From NCBI GenBank assembly GCA_004764695.1, contig SMSO01000037.1, positions 3,882,747 through 3,946,746 on the forward strand: a stretch of DNA of 64,000 nt, written 5' to 3'. A program made the translations under genes and the position numbers. This stretch comes from Schizochytrium sp. TIO01. Taxonomy: Eukaryota; Protista; Bigyra: Labyrinthulomycetes. The notes beneath the pieces were generated by a model that made no database searches, was not told where the DNA came from, and was given only the letters and a program-made list of their open reading frames with translations. Each line of letters begins with the position of its first letter. Position 1 is the first letter of the stretch. Of this stretch, positions 47,796-61,328 are shown piece after piece.

Positions 47796-49285
47796 AGCCG
47801 GTTCTCAAGGCGGCTCCAGGATCGCAGGTTCTTCGCCTTGACCTTCCTCGCCACGAGCGATAGATAACCAAAGAGCCCAACAATACGCCATGATTGATGC
47901 TTCAAAGCCAACTTCTGAGAACTTTTACAGGTACCACGCACCTTGACTTAGCTGGACCATACTCGCAGCCAAGGCGCTGAGGTAAAAAAGTTCGATCCGC
48001 GGCCCTTCTTACTCAACGTGTCTCGCAGCGGCACCTGACTTCTACTGCTGCAAAGACCTGGAAGCTCTCGGGCTGGCGGACGGCTTGATCTGACCTGTGT
48101 CCTGGCCGATCTGGACGCCGCCGCAGACGGCCGCAGGCTCCAGTACAAGGTTCTTGCCGAGCCTCCAGGCGGAATCTTGCGGCTGATAAGATAGCCGAAG
48201 GATACTACGAGTCGCCCTGTTCTGCTTGCTAGAGGCACGAGTGAGTGGATACTTAGAAAGAAATACAATTATATGATGAAATAATTGTATTTCTTTCTTT
48301 CTTTCTTATTTATTAAAAAAAATAAAAAATACCAGCGAGATATTGTTTCAATGTGGAAATTTAAATAGAAATGCATGCATGCATGAAATGCACCGAAGAG
48401 GAGAGGAGAAACGCGGCGCAAACCTTGGGCGCAATGTCCTGCGGCGAGGACTCTTCAGGTAGGTTCAAGATCAGAAGCCTTCGATGCCCCTCAGCCCGAC
48501 TGTTCTCTTTGTCTCGCTCTGTGCTGCAAATCCTCTGGGTAATTAACTAACTATTCATCGGCGTGGTTTTGTTTCACATCGCCATATTCGTACAGAGGGG
48601 CAGGCCGGCAGAAGGGAGAGAAGAAAGACTTTCACAAGTCCAACCTTTTTTCTTATTCCCGCCATTCTTCTACTACTTCCCGGCCGATGAAGATACCTAT
48701 CCAATCTTTTGTCTTACTGAGCCTTTGAGTGTGGCTTGAAGGTAAAAAATCGATTTAAACTCAGTAACTAGTGAGAGTGGTGAACCCCTTACTGGTTGGG
48801 AGGTAGGTAGGTACATACTAGATCACAGGAAGGAAGGAGAGTAAAGAATGGGAGTACAGGCTTTCTTTTGTTCGGTAGATTTGGCTCCTTGATTTTTCAG
48901 AACTTGGCAGAGTGAAAGAAAGTAAAGAACTGGAGATCTACCAACTCGTAATTCGAAGGAGCTTGAGCTGTTCGAGCTGTCAACGATTCCTTGTTCTCAA
49001 TCAATGCCTTGCTGTGAGGGGCGTGCTGTGAAGGGCCATCTCTAATCTCAAGGAAATTTTGGGGAAGCTTTGGGGTTCAACTGCGCTCACGATTTATCAA
49101 AAGTTGACTTACTTTCCTATGTCGGCATTTTTTTTATAAATTAAATATAAACGTTTTTAATTTTTAAAATGAAAATGTTTTGTAAAAAAAACTAAACGAA
49201 AAGTAGCAAAGAGGGCTTGGAGAAAAGAAAGAGGAAAAAAGGGAGAACTTTTTGGTGCATTCATCAACGAAGAAGAAATAGTTTT

Positions 49286-49324
<39 letters not shown>

Positions 49325-49675
49325 GCGCGGGGTTTCTTTCAAGAAAGCTTTTGTCAAGAATGGGCGCGCAGGAAAATTCGTCGCGCGTCTGCTGGGCCCT
49401 TTCTGTGCCCCGAATATAGAAACGAAAGGCCAAGGCCACCACAACGAGAGCAGGAAACCTAGCTTGCGAATAAAAAGAAACAAGAGAAAGAAAGAAGAAA
49501 TGGGGAATAAATGCATGATTAAGCAGTCCTGTTTTTGCTCTGTCACAGAATTCGTGGCCCCTCTCAGTGCGCATCCTAACAGGCTTCCCAGCATACTGCC
49601 AGCCTACCGCAGTTTTTGGCGACAGACTGACAACTAACTTGCCAAACAGACAGACCCAAAGAACAGTGCGTATCT

Positions 49676-49712
<37 letters not shown>

Positions 49713-50673
49713 CGTTCTCCAATATTATTCTCAAATCAGCCTGGGGAGCTGAGGGGAAATGGCGGGTCTCAGGGGAGGATAAAACCCGCGCTGACTGGTG
49801 AAAGGAGGGATAAAGAGCTTCTTCGGCACGCCAACGCCCAGCAACGCTCGATATCGCAGCAAAGGCGAGCTCACTAAAAAAGAGAGCTACCGGCGATAGA
49901 AGGATTGCGCAGGCCATAAAAAGAAAGGCATGGCAGCACCTTTTTAGTCTCTCCTTTCGCTCGCCTTTCTTCCTTTCGATCCGTTTTTCTCTCTTTCGAA
50001 CAAAGTTATTTTTTTCTCCTTCGAAAGGAAAGTTTTGGATGCTTAAATACTGACTGGCACCTACTAGATAGTATCTACATGGAAACAGTGAAAAGTCATC
50101 GAAATCAAATTCACTTACCTGCCGGTTAGGACCTATTTATGTGATTCCTAGGGACTCAGTCTCGCAAATGCAACAAAAGACAGAAAGAAAGAAAGAATGA
50201 ATGAATGAAAACATGGAAGGAAGGAAGGAAGAAATGATGTAGAAAATCTCGAAACAATCTCATGCTTAGATGCTTGCTCAAAGAAATTGCTCAAAGTTTA
50301 GCCTTGACTGAGCGATGGACTGACCGAGTGAGCCATTTCCTCTGCCAGCACGCGCATACCACGACGGTGGTGGCGGTGGTGGCGGTGGGGCGCAAACTAG
50401 ATCTGGTACGCTCTGGTGAGAATCTCTCTGCTTCGGCGGCGGTCTTTTCACTCACTGTTCGCCTCTTCTTCTTCTTCTTCTTCTTCTTCTTCTTCTGCTT
50501 TTGTTCCCTTTAGATTGATCATATCACAAGTTAGCATCACGATGGCGATGCCGTACCTAGGTGTAGCTAAAATCAAGAATCGAGGGGCAAGTCGTGACTA
50601 CCAGCGACGCCTTCGCACTCTCTTTCTGAGCGGAGACAGCACGTAGCAGACACAAGCAAGTTCACTTAGCAAT

Positions 50674-50854
<181 letters not shown>

Positions 50855-53185
50855 GCTATGTACTGAGCCAGCAGGCCGTGGTTTCTTGGCTCCCGTCGAG
50901 ATTCGAGACTTGTCATTCGGGAACTTTGCTGGAAGCGCCTGGAAAGTCTCTCCCTCTTCGCTTCTGCAGTACAGTAATAGGTACCAAGCTTTGAAGTTAG
51001 CCTCGGCTTGGCTTGGCTTGGCTTGGCTTGGCTTGGCTTTCTTTGCTTTTTCTGGCGTTGGCCTTCAAGGTGTTTGGGCAGACGGAGAACTATCTAGAGG
51101 AGACAACAGAGGGCTCTTCTGGCGGGAGCTATGGACTGGAGCGAGCCGGGATCTCCTCCTCTCTCGCGCGCTCTAAAGCTGCTTCAGGCTTCTTCACAGA
51201 GTCAGGTGTGAGTGAGTGCCCGGAAGAAAGAGCTGCTACAGAACACAAACTTCGTGCAAAACGTGAATTTAGGAAGGGCTAGTAGGAAGAAACGCAAGCT
51301 GTCACCTTTAGGACATCCTTCGTTGGCAGGCATCTTTTATATCTCCACTCTTAGCTGTTTGTCCTACTATTATGATTTTGTGTAATGATGTCTTTTTTTT
51401 AAATAAATAGAAAAATAAACAATTTTTTGTTTAATTAAAAACGTTTTATCTTTCGAAAGTAGAAAGTGAGAACCCACGTTGTCTTGATTTCGCAAGACTA
51501 GCTGCTCTGTTAAAGAGACTCTTACTGCCTGCCTCTTGGAGTGACGTCTACTACCTACTATCATCATTACTGAGGCGACAGAATTATTGTAAGGGTTGCT
51601 GCGAATGATAGCAGCACCGTCATCGCCACATGTCGGCCAGAGCTGAGAGGCGGGCGTTACGTTCCCGCTAAAAACGAGGAGGTTCCAATGCCGTGCGAAA
51701 CGTCATGGCATCTGCTGAAGGTGTCGGTGGAGTGTCGCATGGACAAGTGGTGATTCTGAGGCGCTCTTTCCTCAAGAGCGCGCGGCCGACGAAGACGTTG
51801 TCTTCGAGATAAAACTATGATTCAGTAGGGCCAAGTATTGGTCTAGCTCGAATTCGGAGACACGTAGAAAATTTAATCGTCGAATCGTCGTAGAGAAATG
51901 CGTCGGTTTGTTTTGGTGGGCAGAGCAGAAGAATGAATGTTTGTTCCCCTCCCTTGAATTTTTAATGCTCATTTTAAATTACCAGAGTTCTCGCCGCCAA
52001 CATTAAGAAACATGCAAGCCATCAATGTGCTGTGTGGAACGCGATAGTGCCATCCATCTGTGGCAATATTTAGTCTCAGGAACGGTCACAAAGACTGGAT
52101 TTCCAGGACTCAAGAAGACAGGAAAGCACCGATCGAAGTCAGCTTTGTTCTGGCAAACTGTTTATAAGTAAGTGCATTCTAGATCAATCGAAGCAAATGC
52201 ACCGTGTTTAATGCCCTGCTCTGCTCTGCTGTTGTCATTTCGCAAAAGGGCAAACTCCGTCACTACAGGAGAACTGGCCTTGATGTTGAAGGTTTTGTTA
52301 GATACAGTCAAGAAGTGACCAGAGTACACGTACAGGTCCAGCGTATTGCGACATTTAAGCACGGAGACCGAGTCCAAGACAATTAAATACCAAGTGCGAG
52401 CCACAACCTCTGTCCAGCTTTGAAACAGGAGACGAAGAGTCACGTAGATCCATCGCATTCTGCTTTCCTATCTCTCTACGGAGTGCTCGCTCACGTTCTG
52501 CCTTGAACACGCAAAGGAATGCTCAAATCTCGAGCCGCCAAGATCTTGAACAGAATACGATAATGCATAAACTATATGAAACAACTATATAAGTTTATGT
52601 GCGCGAGAATTTCACGCCAAGAACGGCCTTCCCAAACAAACGAAAAGAAGAGAGCTTAGCTTGAAAGAAGGCGAATTAACACGACCTTTGTAATTCTGTC
52701 CTGCCGCGACATGCAAGTTAGTGCCTGCAGACCAGCCTGAAAAAGAAAAGAATACTACGAGCTTTGTCCGGAGGCTCTGCCGCGCCATGGTTTTCTTCCC
52801 ACGATTTTCAATGTTTGTTGCGAGTTTGTATCGAAAAACCAACGAACGAGGCCCCGTTCAAACCTTCCCCGTCGCCTTCCGTGCAGTCGCGACATGGAAC
52901 GCGTTCTCGCAGCGCAGCTTCGTCGTCAGCACGTATCTGCTTGGTGCTTGGTTTCCACAGTCTGCCGAGCCTGTTTCCGAGTCTGTCTAATTGACCGATC
53001 GCCGAAGCCCACAGTTGTGCCTCGCGGCCACAATAAAAAACTCAAAAGCCGCGCCTCCTGCAGTCCAAGGCAGCTCAGGACCTCTTCCTCCGCACGGTCC
53101 TCTCTTCGCTCCGCGTCTTGTCCAGGCTTCTTCTAAGAGTCTCCATGCCCATTCTTTGTTTATAATAAATAAATGAATAAATGAA

Positions 53186-53218
<33 letters not shown>

Positions 53219-54627
53219 AATTAATTAGGTTCACAGATCGTAAATATATGTAACTTTTGAGAACTATTGGTTGGATAGATAAATTGAACACATGGCGGGC
53301 TCCTATCATCGCTCGCTCGCTCAGCCACGTTTCTTCACTTTCCTAGGCCCGAAGAAGTGCTCGCTCGAAAAACAGCGCTGCAAGTGTTTTCTGCGAAGAA
53401 AGTGGTGCTCACAGAAAGGCAAGCACTGCAGGATTGGCATCGATCGGCCTTGGGGTGGTGCCGTGCACAGTTGGGTACAGTGACGCGAAATGAAGCGAAG
53501 GGGCAGCGAGAGAGGCGCTTGTGAGTTGGTACCATGGGCCTTGGTGGATTTGGAATCAAGCTGTGAGAGAAACGAGAGGGGAAAGAAAGAAGAATCCCCA
53601 AATCTATTGCTGGATTGATTGAAAAAGCCGAGGAAAGAAAGCATCTTTTTCACTGCTACCCGCGCAGGTAGCTAGCCGGTTAGGACCGAAAGAAGTGCGT
53701 GGTTCTTTCTTTTCAATTTAAACGAAAACATAACAACAACAACAACAACAATTAAAGTTACAAAGTTTCTTTGACGACGATGATTGAGATCTCAACATGA
53801 AAAGCGAATTCTCAACACGAACTTTTCCTCTGTAAGCGTAGATGGTACCTAATCTCTCTCTGGCTACGCATGTATGTACTAAAGCGAGGTGAAACTGGGT
53901 AGCCACAGAAAATGATCAGGACTCACCTTTTTTGTTTTGGAGGCAAAGGTGAGAAATCGATAGATTCGCCACTTGCAAGCAAGCAAGCAAGCAAGCAATC
54001 ATCCTCAGGAGCACCCGAGATCTCCGCGGTTTCGAAGCAGCTGACGCCAGAAGCAGCACGGCTCCGAGTTGTTGAAGGCCCAGTCATCATGGGTTTGCCC
54101 ACACAGGTCGGCCCTCTGCAGGAAGGCAAGGCAGCATGCGGGTACGCCGGCGCCGGTTCGAGTTCCTTGTAGTAGGCCATCGAAAGTCCTTCCTGCGGAG
54201 CGAGCTCAGTTCAAGCGGCGAGCCAGCTGGAGTGAAGGAGATCTGATGGGTTCACGAATAAGTCAACGAAGGTGGGTTGTTGTTGTGTGTGAGCCAGAAC
54301 TTGAACAGCGCAGCGAGGCGCTTTGCGCCACTGGTGCGAGCGTCTGCAGCCATCTACGCGGCGCCTGGCGCACATACGTGCATTTGCGGAGGAAAGCGAG
54401 GAGGAATTCTTAGAAAGCCACGAGCACCGTGCGTGCGTGCGAGCGAGCGAGCGAGCGTGCGTGCATAATGCATAATGCATGTCTGCCAGCCTCCGTGGCG
54501 GCACTTGCACCCCGTCTTCGAAGATGCGCTTCGGCGCCAAACGAACGACATTTCTCAAGAAGGACAGCCCAGCCCACCGCCGAAGATGCGCACTAGCCCA
54601 GTTCTGTGGAAGGCATCATGCAGCCAG

Positions 54628-54672
54628 TAGCTAGCTAGCTAGCTAGCTAGCTAGCTAGCTAGCTAGCTAGCT
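54628..54672. repeat. (TAGC)n self-complementary microsatellite
   Basis: About 11 units. Shorter runs at ~36575-36600, ~40945-40970, ~55005-55018 and ~63418-63428. Confidence 0.95.
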
Positions 54673-55973
54673 CGAGCTGACGGAGATGACTCATTCATTT
54701 GGTGTTCTCAGAGGATGAGCGAGCCACATCGATTGGGTTGGAGCATGGAGATCGAGGGCAAAACGGGCCAGGTTAACACGACGATGAGCGCTATCGTTCG
54801 CTCGCTCGCTCGTGCGGTTGGCGCAGGCAGTCCATCGTGCAGGACACCGGCGACGATGATGCCTCCTTGGGCTGGCGGCTTGCGGGCTTGCGGAGTTTGG
54901 AATTGGCAACGCGAAGAAAGAGCCCTGCTCCAAGGCGCCCAAGAGCATCCGCTCTGCGGGCCTGCCGAAACTGACTTTGCCAAGAAGAATTTGGCCTGAA
55001 GAGAGCTAGCTAGCTAGCTCCAGTGCGTAAATCCTGAGGAGCTGGCTGCGAACAAACCGCACGCAGTGGAGAGAGGAGGAGAGAAACGCCACGTACGCAT
55101 CGCCTTCACTTCGGAGGCCCCGCGTCCTCGCCGCAGAGCGCCACGCTCTCCGGCAGAGTTTGAAATCTGACTCTCAGTCCCAGTTTGAATTGAAGAAACA
55201 ACGAAGGTGGGTTTCAAAACAGAGGCAGAAGAAAGGGATATCTTTTCCTCGCATGTAGGTCCAACTAGCTTATTACCACGATCTTTGTACTATCTGCTAC
55301 GGAGCGGGCGATGGAGTAGGGGGAGAATTAAAGGAGCGAAGTCTTTGTTCGCTTCGAAATGGCTGTCATCATCATTTTGGTGGGTGTTCTCTCTACTTTC
55401 TCTGAGAAAACATAAAATCTAAAGCCAAAAAACACAAAACATGAAAACTCAATTACACAAGAGAGAGAGAGAGAGAGAGAGAAATAGAGAAAAGAAACGA
55501 AACAAAGTTAAAATCCAACAAAACAGCAGAATGGATAGTTACGAGTGTTTTATATAAAATTGAAGAGATTCGAACGCTTCTCCTCCGCCATGCTCTAAGA
55601 AACATTACACGGATACCTGCGGCCACTTAGGCCTAGTCATTCGTTCATTCGTTCATTCATTCATTCATTCATTCATTCATTCATTCGTCAATCAATTGAT
55701 GTCGTACCAGTGGCAGCAAAAAGCAGACCGTGTCCAGCCAGCCAGCTTGCTTCCTCCGCCTCCGTCGGTCTGCGTGGTGTCTCTCATTCGCGCAAACAAA
55801 GAGCTACTACTGCTGCTGGTGGACAAAGCAAGTAAGCAAAGAAGCAGCTTGTCAGGCCGCCCGAACGTCGCCTCTGAGCAGCCAGCAGCGACCATCTCTT
55901 GCGAAACATGTGAACTTTCTTTGTTTCTTTGTTTCTTTCTTCCTTTCGAGAGATGAACAAGTGAAAAGAACGT

Positions 55974-56021
<48 letters not shown>

Positions 56022-56839
56022 AGGATCAAGAACTGGAAAAGCTATCGAAGGAAGAGGAAGGAGAGCTTTGAAGCACGAGTTACGCTTCACTGTACTACCT
56101 ATACTCCCATTAAGTACTACCACGGCTCATAATTCCAATGAACGACCACTAATTGAAACAGGAAGAAACCTTCCTTTCTTCCACTCTTCTTTCGCAGCTT
56201 CAAAAAACAGACCGGCGGCGTCTCTTTCCTCTTCTTTCTTTCTTTCTTTCTTTCTTTCTCATTCTTCTCTTTTTTCTTTTGAAATGCTCTAGAGTGCCAG
56301 GCAGGTCCCCGCTACGTTTTTGGAAGCTTGTTTTCGACTTGGCAAATATATCGACCATTCAAAGTAATTTTTAATTTTGTTTGTTTGTTTGTTTGTTTGT
56401 TTGTTTGTTTGTTTGTTTGTTTGTCTGTCTGTCTCGTGGAAATAATATCTAAAACTATCGGTAAGGTAGTAGGAGTTCTCTTTTTATTTCCCGGCCATAG
56501 TAGGTGGATAGATAGCTCGTACGGCCCTGGACGAAGAGGCTTTTTCTATTGGGAGGCAAAGGGACCAGCAAGGCTGTTCTGTAAATGCGCCTATCCATCG
56601 CTTTCTTGCTGAGGTTCGACTCATGAGAGAGCTGTTACTTGCTCATCTATCGCTGGCTTTTGCTCAAAGACAGAGGGCGCCTCCTCATTTTTCTTTATTT
56701 ATTAGAAAACAAAGCAAAACATACATGGAACGGAGGATCCATCGAGCCCCTTCTTGTTCCAGTTCTAGTTCTTGTTCTACTTTTTGGCGGTCTTGTCTGT
56801 CTGTCTGGCCTCTAGAGGTTCTTATCGATTAGGTACTAG

Positions 56840-56840
<1 letters not shown>

Positions 56841-56897
<57 letters not shown>

Positions 56898-56927
56898 CTC
56901 TATCTATCTATCTATCTATCTATCTAT
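56841..56927. repeat. (TATC)n microsatellite
   Basis: About 21 units with one variant. Confidence 0.96.
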
Positions 56928-59900
56928 CAGAATTTGAAGATGGCACGCGCGTAAACGGCGTGAGGGCTTTGGCAGGTTCTCTTGTTCTAAAGGGACCATA
57001 AGCCGGGCATCCATGCTTCTGCTGGTTCTTCCCTGAGAATCGACCAGCAGGTAAATAAATCATAGCAATAGATTTGGGGACGAGGCACCTCACGCGAAGT
57101 CGAGGCAGAAGACCAAAGTATGGTGCGAGATTCTTCCGGGATAGGATATTGAAAAATGTAAATATGAAACATACGATTGGAATCTGCAGAAATTGGAGGA
57201 AATGAAACCCTCACTTTCTTGCTCCTTTTAGATTAGAACATAGACAATCGTAATTTAATGCAGTTGGCGGCCAAGCACGTATCATTAGATTCTTCCGGGT
57301 TTCCAGCAATCGCAGTGATTGATAACTTGCTCTGTCTAGTAAACGGATTCGAAGCCATCATTCATGAAATGTCTTCAGTCCCACGCACGATATCCGGCGC
57401 ATCATTTGCTTGCTTTTATGATAAAGAGGAGAGATTTCATTCGTTTAGAGACGACGGATTTGTGCTGGAGACCGACCCTTCAGGACACCGCAGAGTTCTC
57501 CGTTTGCCTACCTAGGCCTTGTTAGGATGTGAGGTAATCTCGAAGGGCTCCGGGTTTTGAAGAACTCAAGAATTTATACCCAAGTTCCTCTCTTTCACAA
57601 AGATCATCCATCCTCTGCAGGAACAGAACGAGCATTACTTAGCGATAAAGTTCTTTTTCCGGCGACAGTGCTCGTTTCGCTTGATCGGGATTTCTGCCAG
57701 GCGAGCTGAGCCGCGCCACAGATAAACCGCTGCAAACGTTTCCTGCTCGACTGATTGGCCGCATCGCTGATGAAAACAAATGACTCTATCAAAGTCCGAA
57801 CGCCCAATCGTTCTTTTCACCTGGAATTGCCTCATGGGCTTTGGTGAATAAATTGATGTTTTCAAGGCCCTGTCTATCTGAGTACCACGGCATTCGATGT
57901 GTTACGTTAGGCCCCTGTTCTTTTCTGCTGCTACTGCTTTCGCTTTCTAGTCTGCCTGCGGTAGATGGAAATACGGCGGGCGTATTGTTGCTTGCAATTG
58001 AGAACGTTCCTTCTCTGGAAGCAGCGTATTTTCTGGGCGTCTCTCTTGTAAATCAGTGCGCAAGAACATGTCTTAGTGGTCGGTCTTTGGTGCTGATCCT
58101 GATCCCAATGCCTTTCGAAGTAACTAACCCTCGAAGTAATCGTGGCCTTCGCGGAGCAGCGCTCACTCAAGAAAGCCTGCGTGGTGATGGATGTGGAAAT
58201 GTGCTGCGCGATGCAAGAGAGGCACTAATAAGTGTTTCTCGAGCGAGCTAACATTGCTTTGCGCTGTGCTGTCGTTTGGTCTTGTTTTGTTCTGTTTTGT
58301 CTTTGAATGAAAAAGGAAACATAGGAAACCAAATAGGAACCGGGTAGCACCTGGCTAATAGAAAAAAGAATTAGAAAAGGGAAAAGAGCTGAGCAATAGA
58401 ATGAATCCTTGTGTTGATTCGTTTCTACTGTTAAAGATTTTGAAATTCAAATTAGCTGATGATTTGTTCTCATTTATAACATATGTATGATTCATTCTTC
58501 TATTTTTCTATTTTTTTATTTTTAAATTCAAATTTAAGTAACAAACGAAATACACATAATAGAAATTTCAATTAAATCAAGGAACCATGAATCAAACTGT
58601 TCCCCGGTTTGTCCTCGACTCCGATTTTCGGGGACCAAAGCAAAGCATGGGCGCCTCAGATCGCCGCTATCCGTGCAGAGATTCTCGCGACAGCACGGAG
58701 GTTCACGCGGATTGTGCTACTCTACAGAATTGGAAATAGGTGATTTGATTGCGACTGGTATATAGCGAAAAGCAGTATACGAAAGGTTTCGGGAGGAAGA
58801 GTTTAATAATAAAAAATAACAGGACTGATAACTTTTCGACAATCGTGAGGGCAACAGCGGAAGTCAAATGAGCTCAGTTGAGGACAAATAAAGACGAGGC
58901 TCGAAAATACGAAATACGATAATCGGAGTCTGTCGCAGCAACAAACGCCGAAAGGACGAACGAAAAAGCGAACATCCTCGCCACCGAGTCGATTACGAGT
59001 TCTCCTCCGAGGCTTATCATTCATTCGAGTCCGTCCGCACAGATATCAGGAGCTGCCGGGGCGCGACTCAAAACCTGTTGATTTGTTTTTATAAAACTTT
59101 TTCTTTTTCTTCAAATAAAAAACGTATTCTATTGTATCTCCTAATTGAGAAATGTTTTTCAAATCTAACGTTTCTGAAAGAACTTTTCTAAACGCCGGCG
59201 CGTACAGGCAAAGCATATACGAAGAGAGTGGAGTATACTGGTACCTATGTGTTGGCGCGTTGATAAGAGTGCATTGGGCATCTGCAACATGGATACCCGA
59301 AGCCAAAGCCATGGTTTGAAAGAAGAGAGAAACTGAATGAGTGCCGAAACGACATAGAAAGCCTGATCATTATCTACTACTTGGAAAGAAGTGACTACAA
59401 GAATGGGCCTTTTCTAGTTTTAGTTTTTTGTTTAGTTTTAAATTATAAATAGACGAAAACATGAATTAGTATAAACGATTCAAAGCAACCTCTTTCTTCT
59501 CCGGAGCAGGCGGGCCAAGGGCCAGCTAGGTAGTGCTAAAGAACTTTGTTTCGCTTCTGTCGCAACAGAGCTACGGGAGAATTCATTTTTTAGGTGATTG
59601 CAAGTGCCATGCTCCGGTTCATCAACTCAAATCTTCCTCTTCTTTCATAAGTATTAGCCTGGCCTGAAAATAAACATATTATTGACAATGACATACATGG
59701 TTACATGGTTGTAGTAAAAACAGTGCTAAAAACAAAAAAAATATTTTTAAAAAAAATCAAGAGTATACATATATGAATATACGATTTATAATTACGTGAC
59801 TCGAATAGCAATGCCTAGGCCGAGAGAATAATTAATCCATCAACTCGCACGAAAGCACCAGCGAAATAAAAGAGACTAAAAGCAACTAGAAAACAAAGAA

Positions 59901-61297
59901 ACATAAAAGCACAGCAAAGGTAGCAAAGCAGACGGACGGGCTGCTTACTAAGAGCAAGAAGAAGGAGGAGGAGGAGGAGGTTAGGCAAGCTAGTCAGACA
60001 TTAGCTCGTTTTGCCATTTTGGCTAGTGAGTCCTTCGAGCCAGGGACTAGGGCAGACGCCACGAATATAGAAGGCCTGCCTGTTGAAAAGCTTTACGATC
60101 TGTTCTGAAAGGTCGAATATCAATCAATTTGAGGTTTATCTTGAGCAAGAGCGAGGAAGGAAGCAAGGAAGGAAGGGATATTTGGTTGATTGATTGGTTG
60201 GTTGGTTGGTTGATTGATTGATTGATTGATTTAAAGTAGCAGAGTGGGAGATTAATTAATCCACAATGGAGGTCAATGACCGTTCACTGAAGAAGGGCCT
60301 GTGTTCTATTGGGAGAAGACGGAGAAGAAGACGCGAGCACCACAAGGCGAAAAGAGCGCCTTTAGAGTATCAGAAATATGAGAAGACTATAGCGAGAAGA
60401 GAGTAATTCCAAGGACGTTAGGATGAATGATGAAGTTGATCGGCGAGATCCATTATGAATTACCTGAAACTCCGACTGCAAGAATACACGGAGAGATCTT
60501 CTACAGTTCTTGCAATCTCTCTACAAATTACAAGAATTCTATGAGGAAAGTTAGAGAAATAATCAGTTGGTATGTAATTGAGAAATGCGGGGTGAGAGCA
60601 ATTTAGAATGTTGTATCTTCGCAGTCAGAAGGGGCTGATGAGCACAGCGTCGGTGGAGGAGTGTCGAGTTTCTATAAGCGAAACCTTCAAAGCTACTGCC
60701 ACCGCAACTTTGGTGGTTTTTCGTAGTAGGTAGGTAGCTGACTACTAATTAGGTATCTACCTAGCTAGTGACTCCAACATGGGCGAAATGAATCAACTCC
60801 AAACGCAGGCAATACTGAAATGGGGCCAATATATCGAGTAGAAAAGAAATCACTTCTCGTTAAAAGTAAACAGAAATTACTGTAGTTAGTAGGTCCCTAG
60901 CGATGAGTACTGCTGATTTACTTTGGTTTGAGAATCCTATTTACCAAACTGTTTAGGTATTTTTGCTTCTTCTTCTTCACTTTAGTGCGAGGAAATTGTT
61001 CAAAGACCTCTTCTGCTCACTATAGAGGATTGATTGATTCCTCGCTCCACCCGTCTCGGACTAAATAACTAGGTATAGAAGACTTTGTTGGGTTCAAGCG
61101 GAGCCAGCATCTGCATCAGTAGCTTCACAGTTGGATCACGTGGGTGCTTCAGCCGCCATGAAATTGGCAGAGGAGACCGTCTGGTCTGGTTTCTCTGCCT
61201 TCCCATCTGCTCGATGGGTTGGTAAAGACGTAGATATGCAGGAGGTACCGAGGGTAGCTAGAAACTTAAGCTCTATCTCACAGTAGAAGAAGAAGAG

Positions 61298-61328
<31 letters not shown>

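Noticed and set aside
50111-50125. ACTTACCTG, resembling the U1 snRNA 5' end
   Set aside because: No U1 stem-loops or Sm site follow. It could equally be a minus-strand splice-donor-like sequence.
56612-56622. B-box-like GGTTCGACTC (also GTTCGATCC at ~47990)
   Set aside because: No cloverleaf or A box; not a tRNA.
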